DNA of 64,000 nucleotides from a virus. Taxonomy: Duplodnaviria; Caudoviricetes. The stretch is taken from positions 1-64,000 of the IMG/VR virus record IMGVR_UViG_3300013232_000197; one strand, given 5' to 3'. Below the pieces are notes generated by a model, which was not told where the DNA came from, searched no databases, and saw nothing but the letters and a program-made list of their open reading frames with translations. Positions 45,394 to 55,136 of this stretch are shown piece by piece. Each line of letters starts with the position of its first letter. Position 1 is the stretch's first letter. Position numbers and translations under genes: made by a program.

Positions 45394-46167
45394 ATGGGAT
45401 TACTAGACAAAGACCTCGAACAGCTACAGGCTGGTTCAGGATACAAGTTCAGTGCAACCAAGGTGAAAGCTTTGGGAGCACATATGTACACACTGGCCTC
45501 AATTGTCATGGATGCAAGCGGTTCGGTTGAACCGTTTGCTACGCAACTGGAACAAGCCCTGAAGACCATCTTCAAGGCATGTGAAAAGTCGCCTCGTAGT
45601 GACAATCTGATGCTTCGCCTCACTCAGTTTAGTTCACGTCTGACTGAGTTACATGGATTCAAGTTGCTTGGGTCTATTGCTGAGAAGGATTATGATAACA
45701 TTCTCCAACTCGGAGGTAGCACGGCACTGTTTGATGCGGTGGACGAAGCCATTCAGGCAACCGCTACTTATGGTAAACAATTGACTTCGCAAGATTTCCT
45801 TTGCAATGCCATTGTGGTAGTGGTGACTGATGGTGAGAGTAATACTGGAAACATTAACAGTGGCGACATTTCTGTTGACGCCGCAGTTATTAAGAAGGCC
45901 CTTCTGGCAGCACGTCGGGCCGAAAACTTGGAGAGCATTCTGCTTATCCTTGTGGGCGTTACCAATGATGACGTTAGTTTGAATACCTATCTCCAGACCG
46001 TCAAGGACGATGGCGGATTCGATCAGTACGTCAGCATCGGCAAGGCTTCGCCCGGGCGCATTGCAAAGTTGGCAGAGTTTGTTTCCCAATCCATTTCCAG
46101 TACCTCTTCGGCGCTGGGCACGGGTGCGGCGAGCACTCCGATTAACGCTGGTCAGTTCACTTTCTAA
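45394..46167 (+). CDS. TerY-like vWA domain protein
   Basis: MDASGSV, GSTALFDA, VVTDGESN. Confidence 0.85.
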   Translation: MGLLDKDLEQLQAGSGYKFSATKVKALGAHMYTLASIVMDASGSVEPFATQLEQALKTIFKACEKSPRSDNLMLRLTQFSSRLTELHGFKLLGSIAEKDYDNILQLGGSTALFDAVDEAIQATATYGKQLTSQDFLCNAIVVVVTDGESNTGNINSGDISVDAAVIKKALLAARRAENLESILLILVGVTNDDVSLNTYLQTVKDDGGFDQYVSIGKASPGRIAKLAEFVSQSISSTSSALGTGAASTPINAGQFTF

Positions 46168-46186
46168 GCGAACCACCAACCCTACC

Positions 46187-46220
46187 AAAAGGAGTGCTGG
46201 GCAACTGGCACTCCTTTTTT
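46187..46220 (+). terminator. Intrinsic terminator
   Basis: AAAAGGAGTGCTGG-GCAA-CTGGCACTCCTTTT. Confidence 0.85.
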
Positions 46221-46259
46221 CTTATTGACTTGCCCCTCGGCATTTGGTATTATGCTGAA

Positions 46260-46634
46260 ATGAAACTTGTCAAATACTTTGATATTCACGATAAAGAAGT
46301 GACCCCAGTTGTCTATACATTATTCTTTGCCCTTGTTGAAAGTAAAGGCAACGATATTGTGTATCAGCAGTACGTCGAGTCGTGGTGTCCCGAAATGGGT
46401 GAGGGTGAAGATTGTGAACCGTGGGATGATGATTGCTACCGGGGACTTGAGAAATTGTACGAGGAACACATTGGCCGTGGTTGGAACAATTGTTTCCATG
46501 ATTCAGCAGCAATGAAAGCGTTCTATGAGAACCCGCCTCCTATCAAAGAAGCTATCGCTCAATGTTGGGAGTGGTTAAAGAAACAAGGTATCACAAAAGA
46601 CGACGAGTTCTTTTGTGTCAAACTCTGGTGGTGA
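46260..46634 (+). CDS. Hypothetical protein
   Basis: ATG 6 nt after TATTAT box. Confidence 0.65.
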   Translation: MKLVKYFDIHDKEVTPVVYTLFFALVESKGNDIVYQQYVESWCPEMGEGEDCEPWDDDCYRGLEKLYEEHIGRGWNNCFHDSAAMKAFYENPPPIKEAIAQCWEWLKKQGITKDDEFFCVKLWW

Positions 46635-46635
46635 T

Positions 46636-47109
46636 ATGATAATAGATATTCGCAGCACACGAGATAAGGACTTGATTTCGTTTAAGTTCTTTGGCAATAG
46701 TCCCGTCATTGGATTGACTTCGGGATGCTTCGACCTATTTCATCCCCTCCATCTGACTTACTTACAGAAATGCAAACGTCTATGTGATGTACTGATTGTA
46801 GGTGTGGATGCTGACGATTTTGTCCGAAAGAATAAAGGTTCGGGCCGACCCATCATATCAGAGCACCAACGAGTAATGATTGTGAATGCGTTGGAATGTG
46901 TGGACATAACTTTCATTATGGGAAGTCTCCATGATTGGGAAATTGCTTGTGGCACATTTCATCCTACCGTACTATTCAAGAATTCTGATTTCAAGCCAGA
47001 CGCAGTTATCAATCCTTACGGGACCGAAGTTATCATTGTCCCCGACGTAATGCAGTTCGAATCCACGTCACAGATCATTCAAGCAATCACAAAGACAAAT
47101 GAACACTAA
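46636..47109 (+). CDS. HIGH-motif cytidylyl/adenylyltransferase (RfaE/TagD-like)
   Basis: GCFDLFHPLH, VGVDAD, KGSGRP, STSQII. Confidence 0.88.
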   Translation: MIIDIRSTRDKDLISFKFFGNSPVIGLTSGCFDLFHPLHLTYLQKCKRLCDVLIVGVDADDFVRKNKGSGRPIISEHQRVMIVNALECVDITFIMGSLHDWEIACGTFHPTVLFKNSDFKPDAVINPYGTEVIIVPDVMQFESTSQIIQAITKTNEH

Positions 47110-47893
47110 TAGCACATTTCAGATAGGTAAGGACCACACCGTTTGTGAAGATTATGCTCTTTCGGGTGAAATTGCAGGCATGGCCTATATCATAGTATCT
47201 GATGGATGTTCTGCATCCTCTGACGTTGACTTTGGTGCCCGTTGTTTGGCAATGTCTGCCAAGAGAACATTGCGGCTTCATGTAATGAATGACGGTATCA
47301 TTTCTCCCGAGCGATTCGGGCATTTGAGTATCAGTAATGCGGAGAAGGTCCGTGAGGTCTTTCCGTATCTCAATTCTCAATTCCTTGATGCAACTTTGCT
47401 CGTGGCGTGGGTAAGAGATGGGAAAATGAAAGCATATCTATATGGAGATGGATTGTTGGTTCATAAAACCAAAGATGGGTGCCATGTTACCCACATTCAT
47501 TTGACAAGTGGTGCTCCCGACTATCTATCTTATCACCTTGATCCATTGAGACGCCAGGCTTACGAAAATATTGAAGGCAATAGGAAAGAAATCACTTGTG
47601 AATCTCTCACTGAACAAGGTATGATTACCACGGGCACACCACTTGAACCTCTAACTCTTACTGCCGATGTTCAAGCGGGTGATGTCATTGCTGTCATTTC
47701 TGACGGTATCAATAGCTTTAGGAAAGCAGACAATGAACCTATTGATTGGCGTGACCTTGTGGACGAGTTTACGGGGTACAAGACAACCGAGGGCGAGTTT
47801 GTATTGCGAAGGATTGCGGCATTCAAAAGAAAGTGTCTGAAAGAGGGCATCACGCATTCCGATGACATAAGTATTGCGAGCATAGTGGTATGA
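47099..47893 (+). CDS. PP2C-like protein phosphatase (TerY-associated type)
   Basis: CEDY, VSDGCS, ATLL, GDG, SDG, DD. Confidence 0.85.
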   Translation: MNTNSTFQIGKDHTVCEDYALSGEIAGMAYIIVSDGCSASSDVDFGARCLAMSAKRTLRLHVMNDGIISPERFGHLSISNAEKVREVFPYLNSQFLDATLLVAWVRDGKMKAYLYGDGLLVHKTKDGCHVTHIHLTSGAPDYLSYHLDPLRRQAYENIEGNRKEITCESLTEQGMITTGTPLEPLTLTADVQAGDVIAVISDGINSFRKADNEPIDWRDLVDEFTGYKTTEGEFVLRRIAAFKRKCLKEGITHSDDISIASIVV

Positions 47894-48588
47894 AAAAACA
47901 ACTCAATAAACTCGTGGGTGAATTTGTTTCGGTTCACAATATAAACAACATGAACTATGTTTTTATAGTCCACGGCTGGTTAAAGAAAGAAGGCAACTCA
48001 TTTGTAGTCAGAGAAGGCAGTGGATATGTTTCTTTTAATGAGTGTAAACATATTAGAACCCTTGAAGGTAGTGTGATACCCCAAATATGGATATGAAACT
48101 AGTATTCACAGAAAAGTTACCGACTGAAGTAGGGTTCTATTGGTGGACTGACTTCGGCGAGCATACCCCGACTATCCTTGAAGTCACTAAGGATTATGGT
48201 ACTGGTAAGTTGTGTGCATCCAATGAAGAGTTTGCCTTTGAAATCAAACAACCAAGTCCTCAACAAGAGTTGGGGTTGCAAGAAGAAGTTGACCCCGATG
48301 AATTTCGGGAAGGAAAATATAGATATGGTGACATGTTGTGGTGTCGCATTCCCAATCCATTTCTTCCCGGTGGAAAGAAACAAGTAGAACCTGATTGCTA
48401 TTGATATGAAATGTTACCTTCTCAAGTTGAAAATATTTCCGTGGAGTGAAATAGAAGAACGAGAGTGTGATACTTTCTCCGAGGCAGAAAATATAGTAAT
48501 GGCCCATGCACCAGTTGTATTTTATCATCTCTATCGTGACGGAAAACTTATAAGTCGTGGCGATGGTACAGCTTTCAATAGATCATGA
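47890..48588 (+). CDS. Three small hypothetical ORFs (47890-48096, 48087-48404, 48406-48588)
   Basis: Abutting ORFs between the phosphatase and the kinase. Confidence 0.55.
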
Positions 48589-50306
48589 ATCAAAAAATAC
48601 GAATAGGTTCGGGTGGGTTAGTCACCATCACAGATAAGCACTACAAGGCTGCGGGTGGTGAAGCCGCCATTTATGTCCACGGTACCAAAGCATTCAAGCT
48701 GTATCACGATCCTGCCCACAAGATGCTTCCTTCTAAAAAGATGCAGGAGTTGGCTACCATTGGAAACAGTCAAGTAGTCATTCCTCAAGAAATCATCTAT
48801 GATGCCTCTACAGGCAATCCATTGGGATATACTACTACTTTCATCGACGATGTTGACCCTCTCTTGAAGTTGTTTACTCGTACCTTCAAAGACAACAACA
48901 ATATCAGTTTCAGGATGATTAATGAGTTAGTCAAGGCAATGCAGCTTGTAGTTGCTGATGTCCACAAGGCTAAATGTCTTATCGTAGATTTGAATGAGTT
49001 GAATATCTTGGCTAAGGTTAACCCAACTGCTATTGTTCCGTGGTTCATTGATACGGATAGTTATTCTACACCGTCCTACAAGGCAACTGCCATTATGGAC
49101 TCGGTGAGAGATAGGCGTGTATCCGTGGTGGATACAAAAGGTGTTCTTCACTACAACCCAGACGAGTTTTCCGATTGGTATTCGTGGGCTATTCTTGCAT
49201 TTCAGCTTTATACCAACATTCATCCCTATCGTGGCAGTCATCCCAACTATCGCCCGAAGGATAAACAGAAACAAATGGATGATGGCGTCAGCGTATTTCA
49301 TCCTTGTGTGCGTACTCCACCAAGCGTCAATGACTTCAAGGTTATTCCGTCTCGCCACTTGGATTGGTTCAAGCGGGTGTTTCTAAAGGGCGAACGTGGA
49401 GTACCACCACTGGCAGATAGCAGCGTGCCTTTACTCGTGCCGACTCAAATGGTAACAATCACGGGCACTGATAAGATTGGTGTGGTTGAAATCTCATCCT
49501 ATGCCGATGCAGTAACGTCGGTGTATCAGTTTATGGGTATCTATTACGTTACGACCAAAACCCATATCTATGCCAACAAGAAAGAAGTCGGAACGTACAA
49601 GGCAAAGAAAGCATTACTCTGCTGTGCTAACGACGGAACGTTGGTAGTAGCTACTCAGTCTGGTAATACTATTACTTTCGCCGAACCAGCCAGCACAACT
49701 CCAGTTGGTACCATTAAGAGCGATGACATGTTTGCTCGCAATGGTTGTATCTACACCGTAGCCAATGGTAAAATGGTAGAAAACTCGTTCACTTCATTTG
49801 GAAATAGACTAATTCATAACATTGTTGAAGTGGAAAATGTGTTGGTTTCCTCGGCAATGATATGTGATGGATGTATCATTCAAGATTTGCTTGGAAAGAA
49901 ATACCTTACGTTGCCCTACAAGAAGGGAAGTTCCTTCTCCAAGTATATTCCTCAAATGGATGGGTTTCGTATCATTTCCGCCAAGTCGGATAAAACGGTA
50001 ACAGTGGTACTGGCTGAAAAGGCTGGTATCTATCATCGGTTTGTTATCATCTTTGACAAAAAGTATTCAGATCTAAAAATCAGAGAAACCAAAGATGTGG
50101 CCTACGATGAAATCAACGTTGCGGTAATGGATAATGGTCTTTGTGTCCTTTTAGCCAGCGACACCGAGCTTGAGCTATTCGCTACTGCCGATCAATGTGA
50201 AGTGTTGAATAACCCTCCCTTTGACGCCACAATGAAACTGTTCACCACGCCCGATGGGATATTCTTTATCAATGGAAACAGCATCCACCAAATCAAACGA
50301 AAGTAA
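48585..50306 (+). CDS. Protein kinase-like protein with C-terminal beta-rich domain (TerY-associated type)
   Basis: AGGEAAIY, AFKLY, VDLNELN, IDTDS, HPYRG. Confidence 0.85.
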   Translation: MNQKIRIGSGGLVTITDKHYKAAGGEAAIYVHGTKAFKLYHDPAHKMLPSKKMQELATIGNSQVVIPQEIIYDASTGNPLGYTTTFIDDVDPLLKLFTRTFKDNNNISFRMINELVKAMQLVVADVHKAKCLIVDLNELNILAKVNPTAIVPWFIDTDSYSTPSYKATAIMDSVRDRRVSVVDTKGVLHYNPDEFSDWYSWAILAFQLYTNIHPYRGSHPNYRPKDKQKQMDDGVSVFHPCVRTPPSVNDFKVIPSRHLDWFKRVFLKGERGVPPLADSSVPLLVPTQMVTITGTDKIGVVEISSYADAVTSVYQFMGIYYVTTKTHIYANKKEVGTYKAKKALLCCANDGTLVVATQSGNTITFAEPASTTPVGTIKSDDMFARNGCIYTVANGKMVENSFTSFGNRLIHNIVEVENVLVSSAMICDGCIIQDLLGKKYLTLPYKKGSSFSKYIPQMDGFRIISAKSDKTVTVVLAEKAGIYHRFVIIFDKKYSDLKIRETKDVAYDEINVAVMDNGLCVLLASDTELELFATADQCEVLNNPPFDATMKLFTTPDGIFFINGNSIHQIKRK

Positions 50307-50451
50307 TATCATCTATCCAGATGAATGCCCTCGTTGTCGTTATCATAACCTTCATATCAATGAATGGAAAGTAGATGATATACTGTGGCTAACGCTTTTA
50401 TGCGAGTCATGTCATTATCAATGGCGAGAACAGGTGGATTTGTCCGCTTGA
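50254..50451 (+). CDS. Small zinc-ribbon protein (start uncertain)
   Basis: CPRC...CESCHYQW. Confidence 0.6.
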   Translation: MGYSLSMETASTKSNESNIIYPDECPRCRYHNLHINEWKVDDILWLTLLCESCHYQWREQVDLSA

Positions 50452-50508
50452 CTTTGTTCGGGGGGTATGATATAGTGTGGGCATGACTCCGAGCATGTAC
50501 AAATTGCA

Positions 50509-51000
50509 ATGAAATGGATAAAGAAAATCATTCACCGCCTACGGTTGCGATTTGATAAGAAGTATCGAAAAGATACCGAGCTTATTGTGGAAGCGATGTA
50601 CGATATGATGTATGTCATTGTTAATCGTCTCCCCGTTGCAGAGGCGTGTATGCTTGTTTCTATGAAACATCCTTCTGAATGGCCAGACGCTGTTTTGTTT
50701 CCCTATCCCGATAAGCGACCAAATGGCGATATTCACAGTTCATCTATTTTTGGTAATACACAACATCAGGCAATGGATAGAACCAGATCTATATCTTTAA
50801 TGGATGCCCTCTTATGGACTGAACTTTGTGATAGTAAAGGTGATGTTCGTAGGGCAATAAAGAATAATGGGATTATGGTCAATCGTAAAAAGATGACAGA
50901 CCCCAACTACATCTTATCGGCGAAAGATGCCTTGCCGAATATAGATGCTATTGTATTGGAGAATGGCAAGTACAATTTTGGTATTATAGAAATGTGTTGA
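50509..51000 (+). CDS. Protein ending in a TyrRS-type S4 RNA-binding domain
   Basis: SLMDAL....CDSKGDVRRAIKNNGIMVN.KKMTDP. Confidence 0.7.
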   Translation: MKWIKKIIHRLRLRFDKKYRKDTELIVEAMYDMMYVIVNRLPVAEACMLVSMKHPSEWPDAVLFPYPDKRPNGDIHSSSIFGNTQHQAMDRTRSISLMDALLWTELCDSKGDVRRAIKNNGIMVNRKKMTDPNYILSAKDALPNIDAIVLENGKYNFGIIEMC

Positions 51001-51001
51001 A

Positions 51002-52259
51002 ATGAGAAAGCTAAGAAGTCTATTAAGAATGCATATGGTTCACAACAAGGATGAAGATCGCTTATTTGTCATTCATTGGCTGGGTCAAGACTATTTTGCA
51101 GGATGGTATAAACAAGGATGTAAAACGGTAAGAGCACAACGGATTCAATATCCAGCAAGCTCTCCGTTTGGGTATATTCGGTGTGGGCAAGCAAACGTGT
51201 TTGACGTATGAATAAGAAAACTAAAGAACCGGTCTATCGTGACATTCACAAAGGGGCACGATGGCGTTTCATTTCTGAACATGAATATGCGTGGGGAACT
51301 TCGTGGCTGATGGCCCGAGTGAAAGATGGCTTCCGGGCGCATTGGCCTCCCAACAAGATGAAACTTGAAAAACCCGCTTGACTTTTTTCAGGAGTCTGGT
51401 AATATGGTGGCACAATGAAAATGTCACCTGAGATGTTTGAGAAGTATGCCGCCGACCCGATGGGGATGGACAAGGTTGTACGTAAGCATTTCAAAATCCC
51501 CGATGACAAGTACTACAGCGTAGCTATGATGAACGATGTTGGGGCAGTTACTCTCATTACGTCCAAAAAGCCACGGGTGGAAGAACCCGTGAAAATCTCC
51601 AAATCTGACGCACAATAATAAAGAACCCCATATGAATATACGTGAAGAAATGGACAAGCGGAAACTGTACTGTGGCAGAATGGTTTCTGGTAGCAAATGT
51701 GCTCCCGAAGGTCAACGTTGTGTATGGAATGCTAATGTCATAATCAAGTCACAGGGCAAAGTTTGGTTTGGTGATTTGAATATCACTAAGGAAGGCAAAA
51801 TATTGAAAGAAGTTGCCGAAGTCATTGGTGAACCTTTATACGTCTTGAGAGAGATGGACTGTCGGTTTGAAACTGCCTTAGATGACATTGATCTGCTTAT
51901 CAGCAGAGCAGTGTGGAACACTAACGAATAAAACTATGAATAATCCCGGCTATGTTAAATGTGAATGTTGGAACTGTAACACCCCAATCGAATTTAATTC
52001 CAATGCAGCCGATGAAGAAACCGGAGCACCGCTGATTGTTTGTCCCAATTGTTTCAAAGATACTCAATTATACGTACCGGACGCTCCGTTGACTGGGGCT
52101 GCCCTAGACTTTTTAATTTCATTGAATAAACAATCCGTGCCCATCTTTATTTCACAAAGATTAAGGTGGATATGTTTATCCAATGGCATTCCAATTTTAA
52201 GTGATGACAGTGTACACTCCATCATTCAAAAACTTTTTGATAAAACAAATATAGTTTGA
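51002..52259 (+). CDS. Run of small hypothetical ORFs (51002-51211, 51208-51381, 51415-51618, 51632-51931, about 51936-52259 with CxxC motifs)
   Basis: Co-directional ATG-started ORFs. Confidence 0.55.
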
Positions 52260-52290
52260 TGTTTTACAAGTCGTCGTCATATTTATATGT

Positions 52291-52998
52291 ATGACCAATA
52301 AACTTCATTCTATCTATGTTTTTAAGGACGAATTAGGAAGTGTGTTTTACGTTGGAAAAACTAGTACACCAGATAAACGTTTCAAAAGACATCTTGCCCA
52401 CGTTCGTTATGGCAGCCATTATCCGGTTCATAACAAACTTCGTAAAGTTATTGCCACTAAAGGAAGTGCCAATGACATTTACGAAGTTATAGAACACAAC
52501 ATTCCATACAATAAAGCAGATGAACGTGAAATGTTTTTCATTAAACATTACAGAGGGTGTGGTTGTAAGTTGAAAAATCTAACGGAAGGTGGTGAAGGAG
52601 GAAAAGGATTTACAGATGAAATAAATAAGCGGGGAGCACTTAAACGTACCGGATTAAAACGTACTGTGGAAACCCGAAGACGGATTAGTGAAGCAAAGCG
52701 AGGAGTACCATTTTCAGAGTCACATAAAAAATCTCTAAAAAAAGCATGGAAAACCCGAGTACCTTTGTCGGCAGAACACTATCAAAAAATCAGCAGTTTG
52801 AATCGTGGAATTGTCAATATTAAAAACTTCGTTGTTATGTCTCCGAGTGGAATTTCTACTGTAACAACTCAAGGATTGACTGATTTTTGCCGTAAAAATG
52901 GATTAGATGCTCGTAACCTTATTCACACCAAACCAAACGGTAAACGCAAGCATCATAAAGGATGGAGGATAATCCAAGAACTCAAACATTCCACTTGA
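52291..52998 (+). CDS. GIY-YIG homing endonuclease with NUMOD3 repeats
   Basis: SIYV....FYVGKT....R...H, LKNLTEGGEGG, ETRRRISEA. Confidence 0.9.
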   Translation: MTNKLHSIYVFKDELGSVFYVGKTSTPDKRFKRHLAHVRYGSHYPVHNKLRKVIATKGSANDIYEVIEHNIPYNKADEREMFFIKHYRGCGCKLKNLTEGGEGGKGFTDEINKRGALKRTGLKRTVETRRRISEAKRGVPFSESHKKSLKKAWKTRVPLSAEHYQKISSLNRGIVNIKNFVVMSPSGISTVTTQGLTDFCRKNGLDARNLIHTKPNGKRKHHKGWRIIQELKHST

Positions 52999-53028
52999 CA
53001 TTTTATACGTCCGTGGTATGATGTAGTC

Positions 53029-54201
53029 ATGATCAATGAACCTATAATCCGTTCAATGCTAGATTGTGACCTTTACAAATTTAACATGGGGTCTGTGGTC
53101 TTTCATCTGTTCCCCCGTGCGGTAGTCACCTATAAGTTTTTCAATCGGGGCAAGACGGTCTTTCCCAAGGGATTTGCCAATGCACTTCAATATCAGATTG
53201 AAGCGTTGTCTAAGCTTGCGCTAACTCCCGACGAAGAGGACTGGATGATTGAAAAAATTCCGTATGCCCGTCCCACTTATATTGAATGGCTGGCGGGGTA
53301 TCGGATGAATCCAGATGAAGTAGAAATTACACAAGATTTTGATGGATTTCTTCATATCATTATCACTGGTCCGTGGTATCGTACTATTTACTGGGAAGTC
53401 AAACTCATGGCCGTCATTTCCGAGTTGTACTTCCGTATGACGGGACAGAAGATGGCTGACGATTGGCAGTGGCGAATCGTCAATAAGGCAGACCAACTTT
53501 CAAAAATGGGATGTTACTGGATTGATTTTGGAACTCGACGACGTTTCTCGCTTGCCGTTCAGGACGAGGTTGTCCGTGTTATGGCAAATAAGAATGGTTT
53601 CCTCGGTACTAGCAATATCCACCTTGCCCACAAGTACGGACTAACGCCACACGGCACTTATGCACACGAATGCCTTATGGCCATGAGTGCTCTTTACGGT
53701 GTCCGTATGGCAGATAAAATGTGGCGTAAGCACTGGAGCGATCATTATGAGGGTAATGTGGGCGTTGCTCTGACTGATACTTTCACCACGGACGTATTCC
53801 TGCGTGATTTTGGTACGTATGATGCCCGTCTGTTTGATGGCTGTCGGCAAGATAGTGGCGATCCGATTGCATGGGGACACAAGATGCTTGCCCATTACAA
53901 GAAACTGAATATCCCCGCAACTAATAAGCGTATGGTATTCAGTGACAATCTCAATGTCAGCAAGTACATTGGTATTCACAATACGTTTCAAGGTCTTGCT
54001 CAACCTGTCGCTGGTATCGGTACAAACTTTACCAATGATGTCGGGGTTAAACCGTTAAATATGGTTATCAAACTGACCAGTGCCGATTTCGGGCAAGGTG
54101 TAGTTGACGTAGTAAAATTGTCAGATGACGCTGGCAAGCACACTGGAAATAAGTTTGCCATTGACATGGCAAAGGTTGAACTGGGTATTAATACAATATG
54201 A
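53029..54201 (+). CDS. pncB: Nicotinate phosphoribosyltransferase
   Basis: LDCDLYK, DFGTRRRFS, GTSN, GTYAHE, LTDTFTT, RQDSGDP, FSDNL, GIGT, KLSDDAGK. Confidence 0.95.
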   Translation: MINEPIIRSMLDCDLYKFNMGSVVFHLFPRAVVTYKFFNRGKTVFPKGFANALQYQIEALSKLALTPDEEDWMIEKIPYARPTYIEWLAGYRMNPDEVEITQDFDGFLHIIITGPWYRTIYWEVKLMAVISELYFRMTGQKMADDWQWRIVNKADQLSKMGCYWIDFGTRRRFSLAVQDEVVRVMANKNGFLGTSNIHLAHKYGLTPHGTYAHECLMAMSALYGVRMADKMWRKHWSDHYEGNVGVALTDTFTTDVFLRDFGTYDARLFDGCRQDSGDPIAWGHKMLAHYKKLNIPATNKRMVFSDNLNVSKYIGIHNTFQGLAQPVAGIGTNFTNDVGVKPLNMVIKLTSADFGQGVVDVVKLSDDAGKHTGNKFAIDMAKVELGINTI

Positions 54202-54386
54202 AAACTATACGTTACGAAGTCCGAACCAAAGGCGACGGAGAGTTTGACTACTTCATTGACGATGGGCCATGTGATGATTGTGGCTATGATGCCGAGATAG
54301 ATGGTAAAAACATTGAGCGTGCCAGAAAACATGCCAAGTGTTGTGGCGGTAAGGTGGTGAGAGTAACTATGGAACCTGTAAAATGA
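54198..54386 (+). CDS. Small hypothetical protein
   Basis: 62-aa ORF with ATGA overlaps. Confidence 0.55.
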   Translation: MKTIRYEVRTKGDGEFDYFIDDGPCDDCGYDAEIDGKNIERARKHAKCCGGKVVRVTMEPVK

Positions 54387-54856
54387 ATATGCCTAAACCC
54401 AAAAATGCGGCTGGATTGCTGATGTTTAAGCAAGTGGATGGAATACTAAAAGTATTCATCGTACATCCTGGGGGACCAACGTGGGCAGATAAGGACGTTG
54501 GGGCATGGAGCATTCCAAAGGGTGAGATTGAAGGAACAGACGAACCTTTGCCAACTGCCATCCGTGAGTTTAAGGAAGAAACTGGCTTTGAGCCCGACCA
54601 TCCGTATATGCAGTTGGGGCAGATAACTCAAAAATCTGGTAAGGTAGTTACGGCATGGGCGTTTGAAGGTGAACATGATCCGGCGACGATGAAATGTAAT
54701 GAGATTGAGATTGACTTCCCTCGTGGTTCTGGTAAGATGATAACCATTCCCGAAGTAGACCGGGGCGACTACTTCACGGTTGAGGACGCAAGTATCAAAC
54801 TCAACCCAGCACAAGTCCCGTTTTTGAAACGTTTAACTGAAATACTATATGAATAA
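54383..54856 (+). CDS. NUDIX hydrolase
   Basis: VHPGGP, WSIPKG......A.REF.EETG Nudix box. Confidence 0.92.
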   Translation: MNMPKPKNAAGLLMFKQVDGILKVFIVHPGGPTWADKDVGAWSIPKGEIEGTDEPLPTAIREFKEETGFEPDHPYMQLGQITQKSGKVVTAWAFEGEHDPATMKCNEIEIDFPRGSGKMITIPEVDRGDYFTVEDASIKLNPAQVPFLKRLTEILYE

Positions 54857-55136
54857 ATACCTGCCAATCTTGGCCTTAGCAGCACTCTTGGTGGGGTGTG
54901 ACCCTCCTGCCGTAAAAATGAATAGCGACATTCAAATCGGTATTGTAGATGGAAAGGTTCTCCATCGAGTCACTACAAGTAGTGGTGAAGGAAGCACTCA
55001 CTACATCTACTACTTTCCAAGTGATCGCAGTCAACCCATAAGCAACAATATGCGTATCGGTAAGGTAGGAACTGTCATCGTACTGATTGATGGTCAACCC
55101 GTATCTACCAATCGCATTACCCTTGAACAACAATGA
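54849..55136 (+). CDS. Putative lipoprotein
   Basis: Signal peptide with LVGC lipobox. Confidence 0.7.
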   Translation: MNKYLPILALAALLVGCDPPAVKMNSDIQIGIVDGKVLHRVTTSSGEGSTHYIYYFPSDRSQPISNNMRIGKVGTVIVLIDGQPVSTNRITLEQQ

